DNA of 64,000 nt from Coniocarpon cinnabarinum (GCA_051942205.1 JAVECO010000003.1:186001-250000); one strand, 5' to 3'. Positions 1 to 12,731 are shown, numbered from the stretch's first letter. The notes: generated by a model not told the origin, from the sequence alone. Translations and numbers: made by a program.

Positions 1-2224
1 TGAAGCGGCTTGTGGGGCCACCATTAAGCGCCTCATACCTGGTGAGACGGTGACTTTGGGTGTGCCGAACCCTTCGACTCGACTGTACATACTCAATGCA
101 TCCCATGACCGGCTTTTGGCTGCAGGTTTTGGGGGCGAGATTTGCCTTGCTGGTGTTCAGGTAGCAGCAGGATACATCAACAAGCCCATAGAGACGAGAA
201 AGTCCTTCAAGAAAGACCCTTTCGTTGCGGGTAGTTCGGAACGCATGTATTGCACAGGCGACTACGGCCTCTGGAACGAAAACGGTGAGATTGTAATATT
301 GCATCGCAAAGACAGCCAAGTAAAAGTGAATGGCTTCCGCATCGACCTCGAAGATCTTGCAATCAGAGTCGAATCCGCAGTGTCGGGTTGCACCGCAGCG
401 AGAGTATGTTTGGACAATGGAAGTCTTGCTGCGTTCCTGAAACCGAAGAGTCTTTCGGCCGATGATGTCCGCCGCGTCCTGCGTGAGAGACTACCTCGAT
501 ATGCTTGCCCAAGAAAAATCATGTGCGTTGCTGAGTTCCCCATGACAAGGAATGGGAAACTTGACATCAAGGCTCTCCACTCTCCCACGGACGGCCGCGA
601 AGAAAATCCGGGAAATGTCCAAACAGCTTTCGAACATTCATTAGCTGATTTATGGGTGATAGTGCTTCAGTTGGGATCCAAAACTAGCATCAAGCCTTGG
701 TCTACACTCATCAGCTTGGGTGGCAGTTCGATCAGTTTCATATTACTAGCCAGAGAGATTGAGAGAGCATTCGATCTTAACGTCTCTCTTCACGCACTGC
801 TAGCTTCACCTTCATTTCTTGAAATGACGCGAATGCTTGCGCACTTTCGAGAAAGCGACCATAGAAAGAAAATGTTACCGATCGCGCACCCAAGCGCGCT
901 GTCCCGTATAGAACTTGGTTGGTGGAAACAATCCAGGGCTGGGTTCCTCCCTCCACCATTCAATGTCACATTTGCTTGCAGACTTCCGTCCTGCATCGAC
1001 CTGGTCAAATTACAACAATCCATAGATGAGATATTGGCACGGCATTCTTTACTCAGAGCTCGCTATGTGTCTGATGTCTCAGGAGATGTTCGCAAGCATC
1101 TAGCTGCAGACTCTCCCCAAACTATATTTCGAAGCCACTTTGAGCTTCACAAAGAAATTAATCGGAGCTTCGAGTTGCAAAAAGAGTCGCCAATAAGAGT
1201 TCTTCTCAGCTATGACGAGCTTTTGTTTGTTATCAATCACATTGTTTGTGACTTGACTACGCTGCAGACGCTTCTAACCGAGATTAATCATGCATACCAC
1301 GAGCATCACCTGGAGCCGTCGAGCTCGAAGACGGTCAAGGTGAGCAGACAAGACGTCCTGCCCAGCAACGACCGACTATTGTTCTGGGAGCGCTATCTCA
1401 ATTTGCAACCTGAGCAAATAGCGGGCAACGTGTCGCGAACGATTACGTATAACAAATTTGAGGGCTCGTCGCTGGTGTTTAAGCTTCCTCCGGCAGTCGG
1501 CCAGGACATCTTAAAGCTATCGAAGTCTAAAGATCTGACTGTGCACCAAATCATTCTGGGCGGAGCTGCATTAGCCCTCGGGACGCATACACGCGACATC
1601 GATCTCATTGTGGGAGCACCGCACATGAATCGCTCGAACGCCAGGGAGCTGAAAAGTGTGGGCGTCTTCGTGCAACCGCTGCCCATTCGGATTAGACATT
1701 GCTTCGATACGCACAGTCCGGGGACAGCATTCGAGTATATGAAACATGTCCAAGTCTCCAGCAACACTGCACTCGCTCACAGCGTGGCTTGGCATAAGCT
1801 GACGTCGCATTTCGGCGTCGGCGATGATATGCTCGATCAGCCCTTCTTTGACACCATGGTTTCGTTCCATGATATGCGTAAGGCCCCTCAGTTCCTTGGG
1901 CTGGATACTCAACCCCGCATCATTTGGACAGAAGGCTCCAAGTTCAAACTGATGATCGAAGTCACGGCTTTGAGCGACAGCCAGGTGTTGCTGAGAATGG
2001 AATACCGTATTCTGAACTATTCCATTGATAGGCTCCAGGTGATCTATGATGCATTGATAGCAGCGCTGAAAGCTATGTGTGCGGATGCATCATTTGAAGA
2101 TTTGTGCAGCGAGGTTGACTTGGCAAAGAGCGGGCGGGCTCTCTCTAAACCTCGCCTGGACAGGACAGACAAGCTATTCGGGATCACTTGGCAGGAGGTC
2201 GAAGCCGTTGCCCCGTCTGAGTAA
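1..2224 (+). CDS. gliP: NRPS, 3' part (A domain C-terminus, T domain, terminal C domain); GliP/SirP-like diketopiperazine synthetase; 5' end outside window
   Basis: A-domain motifs GEICLAGVQVAAGY, MYCTGD, QVKVNGFRIDL and NGKLD; carrier motif LGGSSI; C-domain core NHIVCDL; lies next to gliC/gliM/gliG homologs. Confidence 0.88.
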   Translation, partial: EAACGATIKRLIPGETVTLGVPNPSTRLYILNASHDRLLAAGFGGEICLAGVQVAAGYINKPIETRKSFKKDPFVAGSSERMYCTGDYGLWNENGEIVILHRKDSQVKVNGFRIDLEDLAIRVESAVSGCTAARVCLDNGSLAAFLKPKSLSADDVRRVLRERLPRYACPRKIMCVAEFPMTRNGKLDIKALHSPTDGREENPGNVQTAFEHSLADLWVIVLQLGSKTSIKPWSTLISLGGSSISFILLAREIERAFDLNVSLHALLASPSFLEMTRMLAHFRESDHRKKMLPIAHPSALSRIELGWWKQSRAGFLPPPFNVTFACRLPSCIDLVKLQQSIDEILARHSLLRARYVSDVSGDVRKHLAADSPQTIFRSHFELHKEINRSFELQKESPIRVLLSYDELLFVINHIVCDLTTLQTLLTEINHAYHEHHLEPSSSKTVKVSRQDVLPSNDRLLFWERYLNLQPEQIAGNVSRTITYNKFEGSSLVFKLPPAVGQDILKLSKSKDLTVHQIILGGAALALGTHTRDIDLIVGAPHMNRSNARELKSVGVFVQPLPIRIRHCFDTHSPGTAFEYMKHVQVSSNTALAHSVAWHKLTSHFGVGDDMLDQPFFDTMVSFHDMRKAPQFLGLDTQPRIIWTEGSKFKLMIEVTALSDSQVLLRMEYRILNYSIDRLQVIYDALIAALKAMCADASFEDLCSEVDLAKSGRALSKPRLDRTDKLFGITWQEVEAVAPSE

Positions 2225-2317
2225 TCCAGATATGTATCATGGAGTCACACGTTGTTAAGCAGAATACAGGTGTTGCATGTAGTCTTTGGTGTAGCCGAGC
2301 GATGTGGAAAGCGTGTC

Positions 2318-2328
2318 TCGGTGACCGA
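2318..2328. promoter_or_regulatory. GliZ/SirZ-type Zn2Cys6 binding site TCGG-TGA-CCGA
   Basis: Exact TCGG(N3)CCGA palindrome about 85 bp upstream of the P450 ATG (2412). Confidence 0.75.
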
Positions 2329-2411
2329 CACGTGCTCCATCCAAGAGAAGTCAAGAAGGATACACCCTCTTGATCTCCCAATCCAAGACATACATTTTGA
2401 TTAAACAAGAC

Positions 2412-4062
2412 ATGGCACTTGCACTGGCATGGCTGGAGGCTGTAGCACTCCTGTTACTTCTGGCGTTAAGCACGAAAATATCCCCGCGCGATGCATTGTC
2501 CTGGATCATCAGCGTAAGTGATGCCCCCTCTTCAGCGGTTTGCACCCACTCACGTTGGCAGATCTACCTCCGGCAGAAATACAGAGTCCTGTCCGTGGAC
2601 AAGCATGAGAGGATACCGACATGTCCTTACAAGTGGCCTGACGGCCAGGGCGACGTTGCTAAGTTTCTTGAAGGACTCGAACAGAGCCATTCCTGGCTCA
2701 AGACACATGGGGCCGTCTATATGATCTGGTCTGGTACTCAGCCTGAGGTGTACGTATGACCCTCAAACCCTCTTGTGCTTGCCAGAGGCTTTAAGCGCTG
2801 TCGCCACCGTACTTATCCAACGGCACAGGGTCCTGACGCGGTCGGAAGACGTCTTTGAGATCTTTCGGGATTCCCACAACCACATCAAGGCCCCAGCGAA
2901 CCACTCCGGATGGCTGTTCGCAGAGCTTCTCGGTGATTGTCTTGGACTCATTAGCGGCGCGCCGTACAAGACCCTGCACGCCGCGCTGAAAGAGCCGTTC
3001 AACCAACGTGGAAGCGCCGGCCAGCTCGCTGCGATTCAAGACGTGACTTCGCGGCACTTCCGGGCGCTGTTGGCTTCGCAGCCTGACAAGCAGGACCGCC
3101 GGTTTCACGTCGTTAGGGACTTTGAGATGCTGCCTTTCCGCGTCGTGGCTCGAATGCTTTACGGCGATCTCTCGGACCATGACGAAGCGGAGTTGCAAGC
3201 GCTGATTGGTTTCCGTGCAGGCGTTTTCCGACGGTCGATGCAAGGCGGGCTACTCAGGTTCCGATGGGCCATCCATCTATACCCCAGTGTGAAGCGTTCC
3301 TTGCGGGAGTTTCAGAACCGCTGGGCAGACTTCAATATGCGCATCGCTCGCCGCAATGGGGACGCATCGCTTGTTGGACAGCTCCTTCGACAAGCAGAGA
3401 TTGGCCCTATCACTGCCCGACAGGTCCACCAAACGCTGGACGAGATGCTCTTCGCCAATCTTGACGTGGCAGCTGGCTCCCTCGCATGGCACCTCCTCCT
3501 GCTGTCGGCGCATCCCGACGCCCAGCATGTCATCCGCACTGAGGCTGCCCAAGCACAACAGAACTCCGACGAGACTGGCGACCCCGCCAAGTGGGATGCC
3601 TATCTCTGCAGCAGCTCGTCATATCTCGCCAGTGCCGTCCTGGAAGCCGCGCGCCTCAAACCCCTCGCTGCCTTCACTGTACCCCAAGCGGCACCGACTT
3701 CGCGCGTTGTCGGGCCCCGCCAGTTTGTGGTGCCCGCGGGCATGAGCTACATCGTCGATACTCAGGCCATCAATATGGGCCAACAGTTCTGGGGCGCAGA
3801 TGCTAGCGCGTACAGACTAGAGCGATGGTCCGAGAAGCGTGCCACTGACGTGCGTTACAATTACTGGCGGTTTGGGTTTGGGCCGCGAAACTGCTTAGGA
3901 CGCCATATCGCAGATCTGGTGATGAAATGCCTGACTATCGAGATCTTGAAAGCAGGACAGCTGATTGCCGGGCCTGAGACGTCGAGGGCGCTGGAAGAGA
4001 GGAAGCGGGATTGCTGGATCGCAATGCCGGATGCATCAGTGGGATTCCGTGAATTTGACTAG
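2412..4062 (+). CDS. gliC: Cytochrome P450, GliC-like (one intron near 2751-2827)
   Basis: Hydrophobic N-anchor; PTCPYKWPDGQGDVAKFL; DEMLFANLDV; ExxR (EAAR); heme motif FGFGPRNCLG. Confidence 0.88.
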
Positions 4063-4078
4063 AGCTCGTGAATCTGCT

Positions 4079-5335
4079 TCAGCCTTGGTTTGGGACGGCA
4101 GAGGGTGACGCGGGAACAAGCTCAATCGCTGATGGCCATGATGTGCGAAGGTCGTACACCTGTCGTAGATGCCAGCCACTTGCCTCTGCGAGCTGCTGCC
4201 ACTTCATCGCGTCTCTTTCTTGACCGCCCGCCGTCATCATCATGTTGATGTCTGCGTAGCGTGACAAGCGGGCAGACCGCTCGTCGCGAAGTATGGATTC
4301 AAAAATAACCAAGCGACTGCGAGACGTCTCCATCACCGCAGATTGGATGTTCTTCAGAATCGTCACAACGGTCTCATCGTTCCAGTCGTGCAGACACCAC
4401 TTCATCACATATGCCTCGAACGGAGGCACGGACGTCAAGAAGTCACCGACAATCAGATCGTCTCGTGCCACACGCCCCTTAAGATGCGAAAATGCACCGT
4501 CATCACCGTGAAAACTCTCCCGTGCCAGCTCAATGACATGTTGCCGATCCAAGATCGCCGCACTCAGCTTTGGATAGTGATCCAAAACCGTGGCGACAAG
4601 TCCACCCGAGCCGCCGCCCACGTCAAGGAACTTCACACCTTCGAGCTCCTGCCACGGATAGTCATTCGTAATACCAAACGCCTGCGCTCGAGCACCCCCC
4701 GCTAGCGTGCGGTGCAGCCGCGCTCCCCACCCGCGCTCCGTGAAATAAGTAAACATGTCCTGATCCGTGTCGAATTCGAGCTGTGCCGCCGAGCGCTGCG
4801 CCTCACGTCGACAGCACGCGGGAATCCCCCGCGCAATGTCGTAGAACTCATGACCGTACAAGTCCACCCAGTTGCGCCACTGCGACGCGTGATCCACCGT
4901 GAGAAGCTCCGACGCCGCGTTGTTCGCGCAGCGGTCCTCGCGCGGATCATAGTGAAAGACGCCACTGCCGGATAGGGCGCGCAGGATCTGGCGCAGACGG
5001 TCTGCGCGGGCTTCCGTGCGCGTAGCAAGCTCTTCTACGCTCATGCTGCCGTGCTGCTGGAGCACGTCCGCGACGTGCAGATCCACCGCCGCGTACAGGC
5101 ATTTCGTCTGCACGTAGCCCAGGAAGTGGTCCGCGAGGGTCGTCGCAGGCGGCTCCAGGAATCCGGCTACGTCGTGCATCAGATCCACGATGCGCGCTGC
5201 TTGCTGGAACGTCGCGTGTGAGGGTTGGTGCCCGGCTTCGTTGAGCGACGTGAGGGATCTGTCTCCGAGGTGGTCCTGCAGCGTTTGACGAGCTGCGTGA
5301 AGGCTTGCTTCGAGATTCTGGAGGTCGACCTCCAT
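4079..5335 (-). CDS. gliM: O-methyltransferase, GliM-like
   Basis: 418-aa ORF with SAM motif LDVGGGSG, GDF and KWCLHDW; N-terminal dimerisation region; cluster context. Confidence 0.85.
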   Translation of the reverse strand: MEVDLQNLEASLHAARQTLQDHLGDRSLTSLNEAGHQPSHATFQQAARIVDLMHDVAGFLEPPATTLADHFLGYVQTKCLYAAVDLHVADVLQQHGSMSVEELATRTEARADRLRQILRALSGSGVFHYDPREDRCANNAASELLTVDHASQWRNWVDLYGHEFYDIARGIPACCRREAQRSAAQLEFDTDQDMFTYFTERGWGARLHRTLAGGARAQAFGITNDYPWQELEGVKFLDVGGGSGGLVATVLDHYPKLSAAILDRQHVIELARESFHGDDGAFSHLKGRVARDDLIVGDFLTSVPPFEAYVMKWCLHDWNDETVVTILKNIQSAVMETSRSRLVIFESILRDERSARLSRYADINMMMTAGGQERDAMKWQQLAEASGWHLRQVYDLRTSWPSAIELVPASPSAVPNQG

Positions 5336-5446
5336 GCTGGTGATTGCTTCGTGCGTCTTGAGATCGGGCTGATGCAGATATAGCGCCTACCCCGAAGGTC
5401 TTCCTTGGGTCAAGGTACCTAGGGATGAGGCAATATTTCTGGTATC

Positions 5447-5457
5447 TCGGGAGCCGA
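5447..5457. promoter_or_regulatory. GliZ-type site TCGG-GAG-CCGA
   Basis: Exact motif about 110 bp upstream of the O-methyltransferase ATG (5335, minus strand). Confidence 0.75.
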
Positions 5458-6446
5458 GCTCAAGGTAAATGGTCACGTGGTTTGCCCGCCTCGATCGGTC
5501 GTCGTGAGGAGTGTATGAGAGCCCAGCATCGCGAAAACGCAGGGGGCAATCTATTGATCGTAAATCTTTGCCCGACCACACAGCAGCAACAAGGGTTCGC
5601 TTTTGCTTGAGCCGAGGTCTAAATACTCAGCTTCTGCTATTCGCTACTGCTTCGCAAAGCTTGCTCCAGATAACGATAAGGGTCTGTGTAGTCTGCTCTC
5701 GTTGGAAACAGCCTCTCCGTCTCACGTTTTGCTGCATTGGTTTCTCTTGCTTTGAACCCATTCCGTATGGTCCTCAGGGCCTCAGCCGTGTAATCTCATG
5801 CCTCACGTCGGTGAAAGGGAAAATCTGTACGATGATCTACGTCTCAGCATCTGAGCGCTGAAACTTTGATCGGAAAGGCCAATTCAATCATGAAACCATT
5901 GTGCCAGACGGTTGAAGCCACAGTGCTTTTCTTGAGTTACTACGTATAGACTGTGATCTATTCACACGAGTAGTAGAAATACAGATCCAATGAAGATAAA
6001 CCTTTGTGTTTGTTCACATACGAGAACGGCTAAGTTGGATTGAATGTGCTAACGCAAGTCCGTTAGGACTGGTGCAGATGGACGGATCCAGGCGCGGTGA
6101 TATACAAAACTATAGGGACAGTAAGCTGACAGGGGTACGTCAGGGACAGTCACTTTCATAGGAAACCAGTAGCAGAGGGGCCGTTTGGTCTCGGATTCTA
6201 TACGCTGTCTCGAGAGTACCAGCGGGATGTTTCCAAGGCTTTCTCAGCCTTAAAGCAGTTAGCGGCTTCACCTGAAGTGTGAAACATGGACACGCTTCTA
6301 CCACTTAGGAAAACGAGATATTGCTGATCTGCGCGCACAACGGCTTTGAAAGCAGATTGCAGCACAATCTACCATTGCAACGTCATCGCCTTCAAGTGTT
6401 AATCTCGAAACACTTCCATCGCAATTGTCTTGGGTGGCGGTCGCTT

Positions 6447-7347
6447 TCAGTCATGGCCGTACTTCGGCGCTTCTGCCATGATCTCACGAATCGCAGGCCG
6501 TTCAAGCATAAAAGAAGACCACTTTTCAATCCTGGGGTACTTGCCAAGGCTAACGTCCAGAAAGCCGAACATCACCGGCATCGCAAACGGGAGATACGAG
6601 AGGTCCGCAATGGTCGGGCGATCAGCAACGGCAACATACGCTTGCGATGGCTGCGCGAGCCGACTCTCGAGAATGTCCCACTGGCGTATGACATTCTCAC
6701 GTAGTCTACACAGATCGTGTTAGCAAGCGACAACAACATGCGAGGGGAGGGATAATAGTGCTGACTTCTCGATCGTCCTTGGCTGTGGCTCTGGATTTTG
6801 GCGGTTCGGATATCCTTTCAAGAAATACAGCCAGTATTTGGCAGTCGGCCTGTGCGTGAGTGAGCTGGTATCAGTTCGACCGGGCATATCGGCCCTCACC
6901 CTAAGCCCGCTGTCTGATAAGCCGTCCAGCTCATGACTGCGGCCCTCTCTTTCAGCGTTCTGCCAGTCCACGCTCCATCGTGATCGAACTTTGCAGCGAG
7001 ATATTGCAAACACGCTGTGCTCTCGAAGACGACTATCTCAGACCCATCGTCCGGATCTCGGTCACGAAGAGCGGGCACGTAGCGTTCGGGATGTATCTTG
7101 TAGTACCACTCATCGTGAGTGTCAATGACAGAGAGAAGGTGAGGCACGCGGAGCTCTCGAGCGAGTATCAACGGTTTCATGTAGTTGATGTATGATGTCG
7201 CGTCCGCTGCGAACCGTCAACACTTTGCCGCAGATCAACTTGAACAAGTGCGCGACCCTTGATGATATAGAGTATCAATCTTCCATCATATTTTGGATCT
7301 CCATACACCACCTCATGATAAGGAGTCACTGCATGTGCAGATGACAT
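6447..7347 (-). CDS. gliG: Glutathione S-transferase, GliG-like (3 introns)
   Basis: Manually spliced: MSSAHAVTPY..YDGRLILYIIK/ADATSYINYMKPLILAREL..HPERYVPAL..FESTACLQYLA..TAGLG/PTAKYWLYF..IEK/LRENVIRQWDILESRL..DRPTIADLSYLPFAM..YGHD*. Confidence 0.9.
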
Positions 7348-9724
7348 CGTTGACATCGGCCAATCCGCAACCGCAGGCTTTCACTGTTCTTCGCCCGATA
7401 CGAATGTATTCAGCAGTCGGAACGGAGTTAGTCGACGTTGAAGATCTTGTTTCATTGACGAAGGTCTTTGAAACGATGCACCCAGGTGTTACCGGATCCC
7501 GAGGTGGAGCGAAAGCTCGTGCCACACAACTTAAAATCTCCTGTTCTTGGTGTTGGAAACAGGTGCTTTTTACAAGCAAGTGCAATAGTTCAAAAAAGCA
7601 CCGACGAGTCATATGCTGAAACAGAATAGACCTTTGTGGCGGGTGACCGATAAACCGTCCAAAAGGCTGCTTCTAGTAGCGGTCTCCCTGGTGAGCGAAC
7701 TCAACATCCTGCGATGAAAACATTCCACGTCCAAAACGCAGACGCCCAGGTTCAGCCGAAGTCTTCCATCGTGTTCCGTTGACGATGCACAGAAGCGAGA
7801 TGCACACTTAGACCACCAAGTCTTGTATGTAAGGTAGGATCGAAATGCCACCCCGTTTGAAGGGTCACATTGCCAGGGGCCGAGAGCCAGAGGGACGTGA
7901 TCCAGATCACCTTCCAAAGCGAAACGACCGGTCGCCGAAGATATCTTACTGGCTGCGACTCGCATTCGGATGCCGCAGCAAGACGGTCCTCTAGAATCGA
8001 CGCGTCTCGTTTAAAGCCCGATGGCGGGGCGTGGGAAGCTCCAGAGGAAACTTTTGAGAGGCGTCTGATTCTGAAGCTGGCGTAGGCGATCAAAAGACGG
8101 AGACATCAGTTCGATGGGAAGATGCGAATTCCACCGAAGCCCGCACCGCTCGCAACTTCGCAAGGCAGATTCTAGTGAGCCGATATGCAGCCATCCGCAA
8201 TAGGATCCTTTCATGCCTCTATGGGCTGGATCGTCCGCTGTCATGCGTCATTCTCGACATTGGTTTGATGGATAATTCCGTGAGGGGAATGAAAACGCTA
8301 AACCAAATCCGGACCCGACATCACGAGATTTACAGGTCACTGCGTTACTCTGTGCTCATTACCCCATATATGATGGTGGAAGTGCGCGACTTGACGTAAT
8401 CAGGAGCACTGCAGTCAAGCACTTCTGCGTCTCTGCGGATTGCAGCTCCACATGCATTCCTGCGAAGGCGACAAAAAAGCACGTGATTGTGGACATCCGG
8501 CTCGCGTGATTTTCCACATACGCGTTGGTGCTTCAGTCTCGACTGCGACCAATCATCAACAATTGCGCATATGCAACAGGCATCAGTAGTCTGGTAGATC
8601 GTTTGACATGGTACCGTTGCTCTGCACATGTGGGGTGTGGCCTCCACCATATCGAATGACAGTACGAACCTGATATGTCCTCTGAGACGGGACGTTGCAT
8701 GGATGTGCACCGTGGTTTCAGGTCGTCCAACCATCACGACAGCAGGCGAAGACATGCAAGGCTACGTTTACAGAGCTAGCATGGTGCATGCACAACCACA
8801 GAGAATTCGCACGCAGGGAGACCATCCTCAGGAAAAGTCTTGAAGTGAGGGGGACTGCGACGTCAAATGCAAGCCTTGAATGCTTTGACGTGGGCGTTTT
8901 GTGATCACTCGCGCGACCTGAGGCCGAAAAGGCTTCTTGCCAGTGCCCTTGACATCCTCTACGAGGCCTGAACTTCCGGCTGCGGCGCCCCGGACAAAAG
9001 TTATGGAGTGGCCTGCTGGGTATGGATCTCTGACGCTGCGGACATCCCGCTAACGTGACAGCGCCGTGTGCTTGGCAGAAACGCGCGAGACCATGACTTG
9101 CCTCACGTCGGCACTTTGGACAGATCTGGAGCGTAAATGCAGCCAATCCTCCCTGTCTGAATTAGCGCGTCAGCGCTAGAACTCCGTAAGAACAAGGCAT
9201 TTCCCCCGAACAGAGCAGTCGAATCGCCGACTGCTGAACGCAGGGCTGCGGGCAGCCCTCGCTTTCAACAATGACAGCATTCGTCATGTTTATGAAGGAT
9301 GCAGACGATGCCTTGACGCTTGACGCGTCCATCCAATCATCGAGATGCCAGTACCTCGCACTACCAGGCGGTAGCGGATGCACGCGGACTGCGATAATTT
9401 CAAAGTGGAGGGCGCTCCAGCATCTGGTGTGGGCGCCGCTCACTTTGTTGGTCTGTTTGAGGATGGTCTCGACCCTGCTCCATCTCAAAAGGACATTCTT
9501 GCTAAGCGCCATGCAATTGTTGGAAACAGACTGCTGGAGCGAAGCACACTGCTGAGATTTGCACCTCTTTAGGACTTGTGAGTGCGCATTGCATCCTAAC
9601 ATCCGTCTGGAAAAGCTATCACTCCCTTCGGAAGGGGCGTTTTCAACTCTGACGGGCCCACTGTTGCGCTGACCAGCATCACTCAAAACCGCAGTGCCAA
9701 ACGTCCGAGAACGCTTATTCGACA

Positions 9725-11119
9725 ATGAGCTCAAACACCAGGTACATCATGCTTCTATTTCATTAAGCTTTGAGTAGCAACAAACCATACTTACTCATAA
9801 ATGTAGAACGGATGCAGGCGTGAAGTTGCGCTCAGCTTGCAACCAATGCAATCTGGCCAAGGTGCGTTCAAGATTTAGGGTACCCAAATTGGATTGCCTA
9901 ACGCCAACCCGTCTCCAAGGTCAAATGCAATGGGAAGAAAGCAGGAAAGTGTGATCGTTGCTCCCGTCTAGGATGCGAGTGCAATTTCGCACAATCTATG
10001 GTGGGAAAAGTACCTGGTGTCCGGGCAAAGAAAGCCTCGAAGGGGGCGGTCCCCACCCGCGGAAGGCGTCGCAGCCACTCTGCTCGGGTCACTCAGACAG
10101 CTGCAGATGTGAGCCCATTAATTACAGATGAGCCCATGCCGATGTCGCCTCTCGACGAGACGGCGAGATCAACAGAGCTGGAGCCGATCATTGAGCAACA
10201 CCTAGAGCCCCTACCGACGCCGACCCCATCCGTCCCCCTCTCGCTTTCGTATGATCCCCTTCCTGACTGGAACATGTCCATGTCTGAGGACACGTCAAAC
10301 AATCTGCTCACCACGAATACGTCAGAAAGCAACGTTTTTGATTCTTTACTCAGTGACGTGCACAACAATGTATCTTCTACAGCGGTGTCGAGCGTGAACT
10401 TTTCCAACGATTCGTTATCCTGCCCGACGCTTGCGCCATCTAGCGCCACCTTTACTCAGAGTACTACCAATCAAACGCCTGACGAACCGGTCCTCTCCGA
10501 TTCGTCTCTACATCGACTTCTTCCAAGTACAAGAAGTCAGCCGACGTCAACTAGAGCTCCAAAAGCACACGCCAGACGCAAGGAAACCCCACAGAAGACT
10601 ACTCGAAAGGACAGTCAAATGATCGTCTCGTGTTTGGAAATCGTTTCCACGCTCGAGGAGTACATTTTTCAAGATCTTAAGCCACTTGATATCATTCTTA
10701 ATACTTGCAGGCTAACTCTCGATCAATTGAGTGGCTTGATTGTCGCATATGCAGAGAAACGGAACGGGAAGTGTTCCGCGCTCCTATTTGTGATTTTTCA
10801 TCAGATCTGTGAGCTCATTGAGACCGGAGCTAGGAGCTTGCTCCATCGCGAGGAAGAGGCAGTCAGCCTTTTTGAGCGTCATGATAGGTCAGGCGGCTTA
10901 TCCCGGTTCCGTTCCAATGCACGTGCCCATCAGATGCTTCAGGCGGAGTCAACTTTGGAGCAGCTTGAGCGCCATCAGAGCCTCATCCGTCATTTCTCTG
11001 GTCTGATTCAACCCTTGCACGGAGAGCTGGGTCCACGTGGACAACAAAGCTCGCTGATCGAAACAGAAGCATTGATGAGGCGTGTCGAAGCCCTATCGTC
11101 CCAGCTTTCCAACATTTGA
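9725..11119 (+). CDS. gliZ: Zn(II)2Cys6 cluster-specific transcription factor, GliZ/SirZ-like (introns about 9742-9806 and 9862-9919)
   Basis: Spliced N-terminus KLRSACNQCNLAK/VKCNGKKAGKCDRCSRLGCEC, followed by a 373-aa ORF; lies inside the ETP cluster. Confidence 0.8.
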
Positions 11120-11559
11120 AATCACGAAGCACTCGTACAAACGACACAGCTTTTGATATGTCAGATTTTCCGTCTTTAATAACATCGCACATCTTGTGGT
11201 CGAATATCAAGCACCGCTGGTGCTTCAGAAGGAAGCTAATATTGATGCTCCACCTCAGCGAGTGTAGATAAAATAATGCTAGCCGATCAGGACGAAGCCA
11301 CCACATGTCTCAAGAATCAGTCTTCAAGGACTCGCCTCATGTTACCCTCTCCTTTCGCGCTCCCCAGCTACTTCTCATCTCACTGAAAAGACGTTCAATA
11401 AATCGAGGGCTCTATCACACCTCATCCAGTGAGATATCACACGTCGTTCTCTCACTATTGAATTTGGCGGACAATCAGTCCGAGTAATGATGCTGACTCC
11501 TGGGACGCCTGGTTGAAATGCTGTCGTCTTCTCCAAAGGGGAAAACACAAGCAATCCTA

Positions 11560-11940
11560 ACTTACGCGAGAATCATTGATCTCCGCGTTCGTAGTCGGGC
11601 AAGGGCATTTGTTCAACGTAGATTTTGCGACCAGCGAAAATAGGCAAAAGGGTATATGCATACATGGTTGTTGCTGCTTTCTGCTCTGATGTCCAACGAG
11701 TCCTGTAGCGAAGGGTTGAGTTGATGTCCGGAAATGGGGCAGAGCAGAGGCGCAGGGCAAAGCGTCGATGGGCTCTATTTATATCGGTAACGTTGCAAAC
11801 AGGATTGGGATCACAGACTGGGTGCCACGGATGCGACCGGCAATGACACAGACGATACCACTCGTGTTGATCACCCATACGGCTCTATCAAGTCTACCGA
11901 CCCCATGGCATAGATTAGGAGACAATTACGGAAACGAAAA
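11560..11940 (-). pseudogene. Probable decayed MFS transporter relic (allantoate-permease/ACS-like)
   Basis: Frameshifted fragments MPWG, GIVCVIAGRIRGTQSVIPILFATLP, LVGH and KAATTMYAYTLLPIFAGRKIYVEQMPLPDYERG, which resemble the GHTKK..GPQIF..AP.Y..G region; recognised by eye only. Confidence 0.35.
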
Positions 11941-12455
11941 CAGAGTCTCATGCTCCTAGCATCCACAGCCTTGTTGTCGAAGTGTTGTTCTGGCATGAAA
12001 CGATATGTAGGTGAACTCAAGGCATGGCGTGTCTGGGCTACTGCTAGGACAGTCCCACATCTGGACGCACGACCTCTGCGAAACGAATGCTTCAGAACAG
12101 GCTGCTTCAGAAAGCGCAGAAAACATCAATCCGCATCAAGCCGGCGCAGTGTGATTTCTATCTTTCGTTATACATCTGACAAGCTGACGTTTTCTCTGAG
12201 TTGGAGATTGGAGTATGGTTTTGAGTTGAGATCCTTCGCTGCGGATATACAACTTGACCATTGTAGAAGAGTGTGATGTCAAAATGTTTCGAATTCACGT
12301 TAGCATAGGGTTGGAGTCCGCCGACAGCTGCAGCTCCCGAGAGCAAAGTGGAGAGACTGTGACCATCTGATATGCAACCGCCTGCCGAGCTTTGGGACGT
12401 CAGCATCCGTCAGCATCCCCCACACTCAGTGAGCAGCCCGGTGACCGGATGAAGT

Positions 12456-12466
12456 TCGGCGGCCGA
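12456..12466. promoter_or_regulatory. GliZ-type site TCGG-CGG-CCGA (orphan)
   Basis: Exact motif, with a related CCGG-TGA-CCGG at about 12438-12448; no intact gene starts nearby. Confidence 0.55.
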
Positions 12467-12731
12467 CGTGGCGGGAACGAAGATACAAAATCTAATCTCC
12501 GATCACAACGCTGCAAGCAGGGTCACCAAGCGATCTCAGTCTCGTGACTCAGACTGCGTGGAACATGCCTGCGACGATATGAATCCAGCAAACTCAACAA
12601 CGCTGGCTCTGCAATTCCATCTCAAATCTATATTGACCCTTTGATTGAAGGTCGACACAAGATATGATAGGCGTTGCGTGTAAGCTGCGGGTGAGAGATT
12701 TGCACCTGCTACTCATGAAGCGAAAAAGACT

